DNA of 32,618 bases from Neisseriaceae bacterium (GTDB taxonomy: Bacteria; Pseudomonadota; Gammaproteobacteria; Burkholderiales; UBA11063): assembly GCA_947441745.1 (NCBI GenBank), contig CANEUJ010000001.1, positions 1-32,618 on the forward strand, in the 5' to 3' direction. Positions 7,409 to 20,002 of this stretch are shown one piece after another. Positions within the stretch are counted from its first letter, which is position 1; the number at the start of each line of letters is the position of its first letter. The notes beneath the pieces were generated by a model that saw only the letters and a list, made by a program, of their open reading frames with translations, was not told the origin of the DNA and ran no database searches. The position numbers were made by a program, and so were the translations under genes.

Positions 7409-9112
7409 ATGCAAATCGAACAAACACTGATTGATGAAATAATTCGTAAGAATGACATTGCTGAAGTAATCGGTAAATCGCTGAAACTAAAGCGAAGTGG
7501 CGGTAATTATTTTGCTTGCTGCCCATTTCATAACGAAAAATCAGCCTCATTCTCGGTGAATATTAATAAACAATTCTTTCACTGCTTTGGTTGTGGCGAA
7601 TCTGGTAATGTAGTTACCTTTGTAATGAAATATAGTGGACTAAGCTTTGTAGATGCTATCAAATCATTGGCTAGTAATGCTCAGGTTTATATTCCTGAGA
7701 ATAAAATAACTATTTCCAAAGAGCAAATAGCACAACAAAAAGAACATAAGCTAAACCTTGAAGGTACTATAAACCAAGTAGTTAGTTATTATCAAAACAA
7801 TCTCACTAATTCAAGCATAGCCAGTAATTATCTAGCCAAACGTGGCTTAGCAAAAGTTATCGCTGACAAATTTCTCCTAGGTTATGTACCAAATACACCA
7901 AACCCACTATCTGGATTATTTAAAGATTACGCTACTAATAAATTCTTAATTGATGCTGGACTTGTTGTCAAAAATGAGGCTGGTAAAATCTATGATAGGT
8001 TTCGCGATCGGATTATGTTTCCGATTAGGAATGTTGGAGGTAACGTAATAGGTTTTGGTGGTAGAATTATTGATAAAGGTGAACCTAAATACCTAAATTC
8101 GCCTGAGACAGAGTTATTTAATAAATCATTAGAGCTGTATGGGTTATTTGAAGCTCAAAAGCAGATTAGAGATAAGAACCAAGCTTTTGTGGTTGAAGGC
8201 TATATGGATGTTATCGCCATGTTTCAGTTTGGAATTAATAATGTTGTTGCTAGTATGGGAACTGCTGCAACTGATGAACAAATTAAAAAACTATTTCGTG
8301 TTTGTGATGATATTTATTTTTGTTTTGATGGTGATAAGGCGGGACAAAAAGCTGCTTGGAGGGCTTTAGAGCGATCAATTCCATTAGTTACTGATGCTAA
8401 AGCAGTACATTTTATCTTTTTACCGACAGATCATGACCCCGATAGCTTTTTACGTAAGCATGGTACAAGCGAATTTATCAAATATCAAAATGAACATTGT
8501 CTCTCGATGTCAGATTTTTTGTTGAAGCAACTTGCTTTAGGGATAAATACAAGTAGCAATGAAGGTAAGGCAAAACTAATTAGTATTGCAAAACCATATA
8601 TCGAACAAGTAACTGCGGTAGCACTACAAGTAATGCTAAAAAAACAACTAGCATCATTGGTAGAGCTTGAAGCAACTGTATTAGAAAGTATTTTAAATAA
8701 CCGCTCACGCTATGCTTTTTATACCCAAAGACTAAATCCTAAGCTACTTCCTGAGACTACAAGAGTTCCATTAATCAATAAGATTTTAATAATAATCAAA
8801 ACTGCCCTAAAAAATGTAGGGTGGGTAATTAACTACAAACTACCAGAACCAGATGAGCTTGAAGGGTTAAGTCGTGAGATACTTGATCTGATAATTTTAT
8901 TAGATTATATCCAAAGTAATTATGATGATGGTGATACAGTTGAACTACAAAATATAGAATGTGAAAGCCTTAATCTAAACAATCTCAAAACCAGGTCTGA
9001 TGAACTAATTGATACCAATGAAAAAGACTTTATCAAACGCTTAGACATCTTACTTAAACGAACTCGCCATCGAGTAACCCGCATCCCCAACATCCCCATG
9101 AAGAGCAATTAG
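7409..9112 (+). CDS. dnaG: DNA primase
   Basis: CHC2 zinc finger CPFHNEK...FHCFGC, DRFRDRIMFPI, KYLNSPET, TOPRIM VVEGYMDV and FDGDKAG, DPDS. Confidence 0.97.
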   Translation: MQIEQTLIDEIIRKNDIAEVIGKSLKLKRSGGNYFACCPFHNEKSASFSVNINKQFFHCFGCGESGNVVTFVMKYSGLSFVDAIKSLASNAQVYIPENKITISKEQIAQQKEHKLNLEGTINQVVSYYQNNLTNSSIASNYLAKRGLAKVIADKFLLGYVPNTPNPLSGLFKDYATNKFLIDAGLVVKNEAGKIYDRFRDRIMFPIRNVGGNVIGFGGRIIDKGEPKYLNSPETELFNKSLELYGLFEAQKQIRDKNQAFVVEGYMDVIAMFQFGINNVVASMGTAATDEQIKKLFRVCDDIYFCFDGDKAGQKAAWRALERSIPLVTDAKAVHFIFLPTDHDPDSFLRKHGTSEFIKYQNEHCLSMSDFLLKQLALGINTSSNEGKAKLISIAKPYIEQVTAVALQVMLKKQLASLVELEATVLESILNNRSRYAFYTQRLNPKLLPETTRVPLINKILIIIKTALKNVGWVINYKLPEPDELEGLSREILDLIILLDYIQSNYDDGDTVELQNIECESLNLNNLKTRSDELIDTNEKDFIKRLDILLKRTRHRVTRIPNIPMKSN

Positions 9113-9157
9113 TTAGAGATCATACGTCTTCACAGCATTTTCTAATTTAATTACCCA

Positions 9158-9187
9158 TTGACACAACATAAATACTAAACTTATTAT
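9158..9187 (+). promoter_or_regulatory. Possible sigma70 promoter for the alpha/beta hydrolase
   Basis: TTGACA (9158-9163) followed after 18 bp by TATTAT; AT-rich context lowers specificity. Confidence 0.35.
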
Positions 9188-9250
9188 TCTATAGCTATGA
9201 TAATATACCGTTATGAATCAGGTGTTATACTCGTTTTAGAAAATTAAGAA

Positions 9251-9880
9251 ATGACAACCACAAATCCCCTTATACCCAAAAATGCACGTCAGATATTTAT
9301 TGATGGCCCTGTAGGTAGACTTGATTGCTTAGAGCTATCTCCAGCAGGTGATGTTATAGGTATTGCAATTATTGCCCACCCTGACCCTAAAGGTGGCGGT
9401 ACTAATACTAATAAAATAGTCCAAACTATAGCCAAAGTTCTTACTCAAAAGGGTTATCTGTGCTATTGCCCTAACTTACGTGGTGTAGGACTAAGCGATG
9501 GGGTTCACGACATGGGTATTGGTGAAGTAGCGGATGCCAAAGCGATTCATAATTTTATTCGTAAAGAACACCCAAATGTACCTCTAATCTTAGCAGGATT
9601 TTCTTTTGGTACTAGCGTTGTAAGTAATCTAGCTATACAAGTAGAATATAAACAACTAATTCTAATTGGACCAGCAGTAAGTCGCTACCACGTAACAGTA
9701 ACAGATATTACAAAAACTATTGTCATTCATGGTGAAGAAGATGAAGTAATACCATTAGCTGAGGTATTTAAATGGGGACGCGAAAACAACCAAGCAATAA
9801 TTTGGTATCCCTCAACAGGACATTTTTTTCATGGTAAAATCATTGGCTTAGCCAACCTTCTTTCGCAATTAATTCTATAG
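9251..9880 (+). CDS. Alpha/beta hydrolase (COG2945-like)
   Basis: HPDPKGGGT..NK, NLRGVG.S.G, nucleophile elbow GFSFG, HGEEDEVI (Asp), HFFHG (His). Confidence 0.9.
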   Translation: MTTTNPLIPKNARQIFIDGPVGRLDCLELSPAGDVIGIAIIAHPDPKGGGTNTNKIVQTIAKVLTQKGYLCYCPNLRGVGLSDGVHDMGIGEVADAKAIHNFIRKEHPNVPLILAGFSFGTSVVSNLAIQVEYKQLILIGPAVSRYHVTVTDITKTIVIHGEEDEVIPLAEVFKWGRENNQAIIWYPSTGHFFHGKIIGLANLLSQLIL

Positions 9881-9889
9881 GAAATTATT

Positions 9890-10219
9890 ATGGCAGTTTA
9901 TACCAAATACCCCCACAAAGAGCTTCATATGCGAGTTCGCCATCTAAACAATCGCGATTTCGCAATTTTATTTGGAGTATTTATTGGAATGGGTGTTGCT
10001 ATTGATGGAATATTCTTCCAACAGTTCATAATAGCACCAATACTTGGAAATGTGGTTAATAGTAGTATATACTTTAAAATAGGTGCCATAATCCTTAGTG
10101 GTGGCACCTTTGGTAATCTACTTAGTTATGTCGGTTCATGTATAGATATAATTACTAATTATAATACTATTTTCGATTTAATTGACAAAGTTAGATGTAA
10201 AAGACTAAAATTTAATTAA
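9890..10219 (+). CDS. Hypothetical small membrane protein (about 2 hydrophobic, Gly-rich segments)
   Basis: ATG after AGGA RBS, 9 bp downstream of the hydrolase stop; hydrophobic stretches FAILFGVFIGMGVAI and IGAIILSGGTFGNLL; no family recognised. Confidence 0.65.
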   Translation: MAVYTKYPHKELHMRVRHLNNRDFAILFGVFIGMGVAIDGIFFQQFIIAPILGNVVNSSIYFKIGAIILSGGTFGNLLSYVGSCIDIITNYNTIFDLIDKVRCKRLKFN

Positions 10220-10768
10220 ATTTACTACGTCTTTAACTCCACTGATTTCACGTATGCCATTAATTGCACCGTTTATTTGTATTTTATCACCAGCATCTTT
10301 GCCTAATAAATAAACTACCCCCGCACACGTCACCACTTTAATATTATTGGTGTTGACTTCTTTTTGGGCAATTAATCTGGTTTTGGCAGCTGATGTTATA
10401 TAAGCATCTTTTGAGATATCGCCAATAGATTCTTTTTTGCCTATTTTTAGATGATTCAATACTTTTTTAACACCTTCAGTATTTTCTACCGCAAGATTTG
10501 CTTTATTGTATTCTTTCTGAGATGGAACTTGTCCCGCTAACAAAATATCACTATCATAGCTTGCAACCGTAAAACTACCACTTGGCACTTGTGCATCTAG
10601 AACTGAGTTTACTTTATGCTCCAAACTTTGATCCCCTAGTACGCCACCACCACCACGAGCATCAGCTCCAGTTGCTGTAGCAGCACCGACTCCAGCACCA
10701 ATTACTGTTGCAGCACAACCAGTCATAACTGTTATGACAACACCTAGCATTAATATTTTTTTTAACAT
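10205..10768 (-). CDS. BON-domain lipoprotein (DolP/YraP-like)
   Basis: Signal peptide with lipobox MTGC; two BON domains (ILLAGQVP...GVKKVLNHL; DAYITSAAK...GVVYLLG...GVKDVVN). Confidence 0.88.
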   Translation of the reverse strand: MLKKILMLGVVITVMTGCAATVIGAGVGAATATGADARGGGGVLGDQSLEHKVNSVLDAQVPSGSFTVASYDSDILLAGQVPSQKEYNKANLAVENTEGVKKVLNHLKIGKKESIGDISKDAYITSAAKTRLIAQKEVNTNNIKVVTCAGVVYLLGKDAGDKIQINGAINGIREISGVKDVVNLIKF

Positions 10769-10791
10769 TTCAAAACCCCTATCATAAAAAA

Positions 10792-11637
10792 CTATAAAAT
10801 CACCTTAAGTAATTCTACAACACACCCAATGGTCTTACCGCTTGGATCAAAATGATCATTACATTCTGTAATTTCTACCCCTACAAGTTTTGATTTATCG
10901 ATTTTTGATAATGCGTGAATGCAATCAAAAAAATTAATCCCATCATTCGCTGGAGTACCAACACCTGGTGCAAATTCTGGATCAAAACCATCTAGATCAA
11001 TACTTAGTCCAATTTTATCTACTTTTGAGGCTAAATTACTCCATGCTTCTTCAAATACTTCACCAAAACCACGTTCGCTAATTTCTTCAGTATAATAAAT
11101 TTTCACACCGAGACCTTCAAGGCGTTGTCTTTCAACCGCCTCATAAGAACGAATCCCAAAAAAAACTATATTCTTAGGATCTAGTTTTGGATTATTATCT
11201 AAAATATTCAAAAACTCCTCATACCCCTCACCAATAAGTGTTGCAACTGGCATACCATGAATATTACCACTTTCACTATCTTCAGGTGTATGAGCATCTA
11301 AATGCGCATCTAACCAGATTAGACCGTAACTTTGATCTTTTAGAGCTGTTGCTACTCCACTCCAAGAGCCAATAGCACACGAATGATCCCCACCAATAAT
11401 AACTGGTAATTGATTGTTTAGTACTGCATCTTGAGTTAGAAGTGCTAATTCAGTAAAAAAACGTGTAAGACTAGGTATATCATGCCCTCCATCAGTATAA
11501 TACACTATCTTGTCAAACTCCAAACCTAAAGGCTTCAGTAGATCATTTCTGGTTAAAATATCTGGAGTATCCGCAGAGCCTCGTGTGCCTGCACAAGCAT
11601 CAATAGCTGCACCGATAAGTTTTATTTTATGTGTCAT
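10792..11637 (-). CDS. rocF: Arginase
   Basis: GGDHSCAIG, WLDAHLD, SGNIHGMP, SIDLDGFDP..APGVGTP; all Mn ligands present; adjacent to ornithine cyclodeaminase. Confidence 0.9.
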   Translation of the reverse strand: MTHKIKLIGAAIDACAGTRGSADTPDILTRNDLLKPLGLEFDKIVYYTDGGHDIPSLTRFFTELALLTQDAVLNNQLPVIIGGDHSCAIGSWSGVATALKDQSYGLIWLDAHLDAHTPEDSESGNIHGMPVATLIGEGYEEFLNILDNNPKLDPKNIVFFGIRSYEAVERQRLEGLGVKIYYTEEISERGFGEVFEEAWSNLASKVDKIGLSIDLDGFDPEFAPGVGTPANDGINFFDCIHALSKIDKSKLVGVEITECNDHFDPSGKTIGCVVELLKVIL

Positions 11638-11638
11638 A

Positions 11639-12691
11639 TTATTCCAAAACTGAGATTAAATTTTTAGGATCGCTAATTTGTGGGATTAAATCCATCTCAT
11701 GTCCTATCGAATATTTATTTGCCAAATCTAAAATTAAGCGAAGTACCGAATAATCCTCAATTGCAAATCCAACTGAATCAAATACTGTAATCTCTGCATC
11801 ATTGGTACGTGCTGGTTTTTTACCAGCAATTAACTCCCATAGTTCTGCATATACTAATCTATCAACTTCAGCACTACTTAATAATTGAATATCGCCCTCA
11901 ATTATTGTTTGTGGCGTATATTCTACAACTATTTTACTTCTATAAAGAGTCTTAACATCAAGCTCAGTCTTACCAGGGCAATCTCCACCCAAGCCACTTA
12001 TATGCATCCCATGCGATACCCAAGAGTCATCAATCACTACAACATGCCCCTTGCAAGCAGTACAAACAATCACTACATCAGCACCAACTACTGCATCTTT
12101 AGCCGTGTCACATGGAAGCAAATTATATCCTTTGAGATTATTGGCAAATTTGTCCATTGCGTTTTTATCAGTATCATAATACCTAATAGTAGTAAATTTA
12201 CGTACCAAAAGATGAGCTTTTACTTCAAACTCACTTTGAGCTCCTGTTCCGATAATAGCCAAAATACTACTATCTTGGCGTGCAAGTAAATCACAAGCAA
12301 TTATTGTAGTTGCTGCAGTTCTAAATGCTGTTAAGGCTGTCATTTCTGACACTAATTGTGGATACCCATTTTCAACCAAGGATAACTGTCCAGTTGCAAT
12401 AACGGTTTGTCTTGCAGTAAGAGGGTTTTTAGGATGCCCATTTACGCATTTATAAGTATAATACTTACTATCAGCGGTTGGCATTAGCTCAATCACTCCA
12501 TCATCAACATGAATAGCATGACGCGGGCTTTTATGAAATTCATGCCAACGACTAAAATCAGCTTTTATATACTCTATCAAATCAAGCATGAAATTATCAA
12601 ATCCATGGATACTTACAATCTTTGCTACATCCTGTACCGTTATGACCTTGGTTAAATGAGGGGAATAATTAAAATTCCCTGTCGTTTCCAT
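11639..12691 (-). CDS. ocd: Ornithine cyclodeaminase
   Basis: GVIELMP, KCVNGHPKN, SEMTALTAFRTAA, IGTGAQSEF, GGDCPGKTEL, FDSVGFAIED. Confidence 0.9.
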   Translation of the reverse strand: METTGNFNYSPHLTKVITVQDVAKIVSIHGFDNFMLDLIEYIKADFSRWHEFHKSPRHAIHVDDGVIELMPTADSKYYTYKCVNGHPKNPLTARQTVIATGQLSLVENGYPQLVSEMTALTAFRTAATTIIACDLLARQDSSILAIIGTGAQSEFEVKAHLLVRKFTTIRYYDTDKNAMDKFANNLKGYNLLPCDTAKDAVVGADVVIVCTACKGHVVVIDDSWVSHGMHISGLGGDCPGKTELDVKTLYRSKIVVEYTPQTIIEGDIQLLSSAEVDRLVYAELWELIAGKKPARTNDAEITVFDSVGFAIEDYSVLRLILDLANKYSIGHEMDLIPQISDPKNLISVLE

Positions 12692-12718
12692 ATCTTATTA
12701 GCCTATAAAAATTATATC

Positions 12719-14008
<1,290 letters not shown>

Positions 14009-14025
14009 TTATTATCCTTATAAAT

Positions 14026-14853
14026 TTATAGTTTTTTTACCAGTTTATCAATAGCCATAATTTCAGTTAAGAAACTCTCTATTTCATACATTGGAAATGA
14101 ATTAGGCCCATCAGATTTAGCTTCAGATGGATTAGGATGGGTTTCCATAAATATTCCACTTACCCCAACGGCAACAGCCGCACGGGCTAATACTGGAACA
14201 AATTCTCTTTGCCCACCAGAGCTAGTTCCTTGCCCTCCAGGCAACTGTACCGAATGTGTTGCATCAAACACTACTGGGCAGTTGGTTTCTCTCATAACCA
14301 CAAGACTACGCATATCAGACACTAGGTTATTGTAGCCAAAGCTAACTCCTCGTTCACAAGCCATAATTAGTCCATGACCTTCAACATTTTGAGCCTTACT
14401 TGTTACATATTTCATGTCCCAAGGCCCCAAAAACTGACCTTTTTTGATATTAACTACATTACCAGTTTTAGCTACTGCTTTAATAAAATTAGTCTGGCGA
14501 CATAAAAAAGCTGGAGTTTGTAATATATCTGCAACTTCAGCAACTTGGTCAATCTCTTCTAATTCATGTACATCGGTTAATACCTTAAGACCCAATTGAC
14601 TCTTTACTTCAGATAAGATTTTTAAACCATTATCGATTCCAGGGCCTCTAAAAGTAGAGTCAGAACTACGATTAGCTTTATCATAGCTTGACTTATAGAT
14701 AAAATTTATTCCCAAACGGTCAGTAATTTCCTTAAGATAACCAGCTGTATCAATTGCTAATTGCTTTGATTCAATTACACAAGGGCCAGCGATTAGAAAT
14801 AACGGCTTGTTTAGACCAATTTCAGTATCAAATAATTTCCAAGTGGTTTGCAT
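14026..14853 (-). CDS. kdsA: 3-deoxy-8-phosphooctulonate (KDO8P) synthase
   Basis: [50 protein letters not shown]; canonical pyrG-kdsA-eno order. Confidence 0.97.
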   Translation of the reverse strand: MQTTWKLFDTEIGLNKPLFLIAGPCVIESKQLAIDTAGYLKEITDRLGINFIYKSSYDKANRSSDSTFRGPGIDNGLKILSEVKSQLGLKVLTDVHELEEIDQVAEVADILQTPAFLCRQTNFIKAVAKTGNVVNIKKGQFLGPWDMKYVTSKAQNVEGHGLIMACERGVSFGYNNLVSDMRSLVVMRETNCPVVFDATHSVQLPGGQGTSSGGQREFVPVLARAAVAVGVSGIFMETHPNPSEAKSDGPNSFPMYEIESFLTEIMAIDKLVKKL

Positions 14854-16512
<1,659 letters not shown>

Positions 16513-16672
16513 TCACTAATATTCATTTGAGTTGCAAATATTTTTGCCATTGTATGTGATCTTTCTAATTTTATTTGTAGCATTATTATACCGTATTTTC
16601 CCCATTACTTGCTGGGGATTCCCAAAGTTTTAGTGTCAGCAACATCGATTGTTTAGGATTAATAAATGATGC

Positions 16673-18220
16673 CTAGTGTTTGGCTTGTGTGAAATGATGT
16701 ACTCGAAATCCCAAAGCAAATAAACTGGCAAAATAACTAACAATAGCAATTATTAGTAATACCAGAAGTGAAAACACTCTAAGATAAGACTTACCATTAA
16801 AATCTAATGATAAAAAATGTTTACAAAGAAATAAGCATAAAGCCATAACAACTACAGCTACAATCATCTTTAATAAAAACATCCGCCAACCACTCTGCGG
16901 TACATAAATACCGCGCTTAATGAGTAAATAACACAAAGACCCAGCATTAAGACATGCCCCAAGCCCAATAGATAGAGCAAGCCCAGCATGTTTAAATGGT
17001 CCAATAAAAGCTAAATTCATCAATTGAGTACAAATAAGCACACAAATTGCAATTTTAACTGGAGTTTTTATATCTTGATTAGCATAAAACCCTGGCCCAA
17101 ACACTTTAACTAAGATTATTCCAGTTAAGCCAACAGCATAAGCAGTTAAAGCTCTATCAGTCATTGCCACATCAAACAAGTCAAATTTACCATGCATAAA
17201 TAACGTCATAGTAAGCTCTTTTGCGGTAATTGCCAAACCAACAGTTGCTGGTAATGCCATTAACAAACATAACCGCACTCCCCAGTCCATAGTTTTTGAA
17301 AATTCAAGCGTATTTTTATTACTTGCATGTTTTGATAAACTAGGTAACAAAATAGTACCTAAGGCAACACCCAAAACTCCTGTTGGAAATTCCATCAATC
17401 GATCAGCATAATACATCCACGATACACTTCCACTGGGTAGGTAGGAAGCAAAAATAGTATTTATAACTAAGCTAATTTGTGAAATTGACATCGCAAATAC
17501 AGCAGGAACCATAAGTCTAACCACACGCCAAACCGCACTATTACGAAAATCAATCCGTGGTATTACTAGCATATCTATTTTTCGTAAGAAAGGTAATTGA
17601 AAACTAAGCTGAAGTATTCCACCAACAAATACAGCAACTGCAATTGTCATGATAGGTGGATTAAAAAAATGTCTTAATAATAAAGCAAAAATAAGCCATA
17701 TAAGATTAAGTATAGTTGGCGTAAATGCTGGTATTGAAAACTTACCCCAAGTATTTAGTACCCCACTTACTAACGATGCTATAGATATAAAAAATATATA
17801 CGGAAATGTTATTCTAAGTAATATTACAGTTAGATGAAATTTCTGAGGATCAGTGGTAAAACCAGGAGCAGTAATTAAAATCACAGCCCCAGCAAATACC
17901 ACTCCAAGAATAGTAAAAAGAATTAGTACCAAAGCTAATAAGCCAGTAACACTAGCCACAAAATCACGAGTCTCTTTATGAGTTCTTTGGTTTTTATATT
18001 CTGCCAGTACTGGCACAAATGCTTGAGAAAAAGCACCTTCAGCAAATATACGCCTAAGTAAATTCGGCAACTTAAACGCTACCAAAAACGCATCACTAGC
18101 AAATCCAGCACCAAAGTAACGTGCCATAACCATATCACGCATAAATCCAATTATACGTGATATTAAAGTCATACCACTTACATTAAGAAGCGAACGAAAT
18201 AGGCTTTTTGATTGTGCCAT
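16673..18220 (-). CDS. murJ: Lipid II flippase MurJ (MviN)
   Basis: SRIIGFMRD, AFKLPNLLRRIFAEGAFSQAFVP, YYADRLMEFP; many TM helices. Confidence 0.97.
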   Translation of the reverse strand: MAQSKSLFRSLLNVSGMTLISRIIGFMRDMVMARYFGAGFASDAFLVAFKLPNLLRRIFAEGAFSQAFVPVLAEYKNQRTHKETRDFVASVTGLLALVLILFTILGVVFAGAVILITAPGFTTDPQKFHLTVILLRITFPYIFFISIASLVSGVLNTWGKFSIPAFTPTILNLIWLIFALLLRHFFNPPIMTIAVAVFVGGILQLSFQLPFLRKIDMLVIPRIDFRNSAVWRVVRLMVPAVFAMSISQISLVINTIFASYLPSGSVSWMYYADRLMEFPTGVLGVALGTILLPSLSKHASNKNTLEFSKTMDWGVRLCLLMALPATVGLAITAKELTMTLFMHGKFDLFDVAMTDRALTAYAVGLTGIILVKVFGPGFYANQDIKTPVKIAICVLICTQLMNLAFIGPFKHAGLALSIGLGACLNAGSLCYLLIKRGIYVPQSGWRMFLLKMIVAVVVMALCLFLCKHFLSLDFNGKSYLRVFSLLVLLIIAIVSYFASLFALGFRVHHFTQAKH

Positions 18221-18756
18221 TAATTCTCATTCTTATTACAGATATTTGGTATCATTCGACGTAACAACTGGTCTTTAAAAAAGTAATGATGAATTATCGC
18301 AATGGCTGCATGCCCAAAAGCTAGGATAATAACAGCATGAGCAAGCCATAAATGAAACTCTTTCATCACATGAGTGACCGCTTTAGGGTACTCTCCAATA
18401 AATGTAGGTATTGGAATAATACCTAGAAAACTCAATGGATAACCATGAGCCTCAGTCATCAAAATACCACCAACAGGGATTAAAATCATTAATATATAAA
18501 GCAATACTTGCCCAACAATCGCAGCAAACTGCTCAGTTTCAGAAACCTGTGATAATTTATGCGGATATTTACTAGTAAAACGCCAAATTATACGAAGTAC
18601 TACTAATAGTAAAATCGTAAGCCCAATTTGCTCATGCAAATTGTATAGACTACTAGCATCAAGCGTAAGCCCCAAGATATAATTAGTTATTATCAGTAGT
18701 GCAATACTCCAATGTAGAAATTTAGCTACTGGATTGTAATTATTAACGTGTGCCAT
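18220..18756 (-). CDS. Cytochrome b561 (CybB/YceJ-like)
   Basis: LHWSIA, LHEQIG..LRIIWR, HLWLA..GHAAIAIIHH..D.LLRRM. The ATG at 18756 after an AAGGA RBS is preferred to the TTG at 18780; TAATG overlap with murJ. Confidence 0.9.
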   Translation of the reverse strand: MAHVNNYNPVAKFLHWSIALLIITNYILGLTLDASSLYNLHEQIGLTILLLVVLRIIWRFTSKYPHKLSQVSETEQFAAIVGQVLLYILMILIPVGGILMTEAHGYPLSFLGIIPIPTFIGEYPKAVTHVMKEFHLWLAHAVIILAFGHAAIAIIHHYFFKDQLLRRMIPNICNKNEN

Positions 18757-18787
18757 AATATTTATCCTTTTAAAATACAATATAGAT

Positions 18788-19972
18788 CTAGTTAGTATAG
18801 TGCCGATTTTTGATTATAGTATGAATAATTTTATCAATTAACTCTTTATTTTCATCCAACATCTTATCAGCAAATTTGATTATCTGTTGCATATTTCTAT
18901 CTCCAGTATTAGTTGGACTCATGGCGTTTTCAGGAATACTATTGATCCTAAAATAAGAAATTTTATCATTAAAGCGTGATGCATCCCGCAAGTACTCTTC
19001 AAGAAAATCAATGTATAACTTACTACTTAGTGCTGGAGCACTAAATAAATACTGATATAAACCATATAGACCAAACCCAAACATACTACGATAGTCATAT
19101 TTAACTCCCTCAGTTCCTCCGTTCCCAATCAAAATCATATTTAATTTTTTATTCGGAAACAAAATCTGCATCTGTAACAAAACCTGTAAAATAGGATTAT
19201 TAAGAATTACCGCAGGGTCAATAAATAAATGATCACGCCCTTTCAAGCGAAATGCTACTGGTGGGAATAGCATTGGAGGACTTGACGCACCATTTATCAA
19301 ATCTTTGGTTAAATAATTATCATTTGAATCCCCATGTGGCGGATTCCAATTTTTAACAATTTGAAGATTATTTTCATCAATATTATATACTGGAATTAAT
19401 ATATTACCTTTTAATTCACTAAGAGTTGTATCACCAAAAAACTCCTCCAATACTTTAATCTTATTATCTGGCAAGAACCTTGGAGCAAATAAACCAAACA
19501 TAGTTAAAAACTGGTGGTACCATGGAGATGAAAACATACGACTTGCGTGATTGTAATAATTATCGCGAACTTCTGTTGCAGAGAATTTGTAACCGCCATT
19601 GTCATCTCCTACCATAAGGCTTGATACTGAGATTGCTCCTGTTGATGAACCTGAGGCAAAATCAAATAATTCGCCAATCTTTTTACCAGTTTTTTCTTCA
19701 ATATAAGATAAAACATGAAGGGGAATAAGACCTCTTAGCCCACCACCAGTTAGAATCAAAATATTTATTTCATCAGTATGCTCAAATTGCTCAAGTATTT
19801 GACTATGTGATTTTAAAGATTTATCACCAATAATAAAATCACGCTCAGTAGGTAATAAATATTTTCGGGTTAAATAATTAAGATAAATTACTACAGCTAC
19901 TGAATAAGTTATCCAGTATAGAAAAATAACAATAATTATAAAGTCCGAGATTATTCCATCATAAGTATGCAT
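18788..19972 (-). CDS. Patatin-like phospholipase with N-terminal transmembrane segment
   Basis: GGGLRG oxyanion loop, FDFASGSSTG nucleophile, ASSPPMLFPP, FIDPAV at the catalytic Asp position; hydrophobic residues ~7-33. Confidence 0.85.
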   Translation of the reverse strand: MHTYDGIISDFIIIVIFLYWITYSVAVVIYLNYLTRKYLLPTERDFIIGDKSLKSHSQILEQFEHTDEINILILTGGGLRGLIPLHVLSYIEEKTGKKIGELFDFASGSSTGAISVSSLMVGDDNGGYKFSATEVRDNYYNHASRMFSSPWYHQFLTMFGLFAPRFLPDNKIKVLEEFFGDTTLSELKGNILIPVYNIDENNLQIVKNWNPPHGDSNDNYLTKDLINGASSPPMLFPPVAFRLKGRDHLFIDPAVILNNPILQVLLQMQILFPNKKLNMILIGNGGTEGVKYDYRSMFGFGLYGLYQYLFSAPALSSKLYIDFLEEYLRDASRFNDKISYFRINSIPENAMSPTNTGDRNMQQIIKFADKMLDENKELIDKIIHTIIKNRHYTN

Positions 19973-20002
19973 TTAAACCTACTTCTAAACCATTTACCTC
20001 AA

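Noticed and set aside
16599-16618. Terminator after murJ (TCCCCA-N8-TGGGGA)
   Set aside because: Short 6-bp stem with no downstream U-tract on the minus strand.
18788-19972. CBASS anti-phage system
   Set aside because: Only the patatin is present; there is no CD-NTase or Cap2/Cap3, and the neighbours are housekeeping genes.
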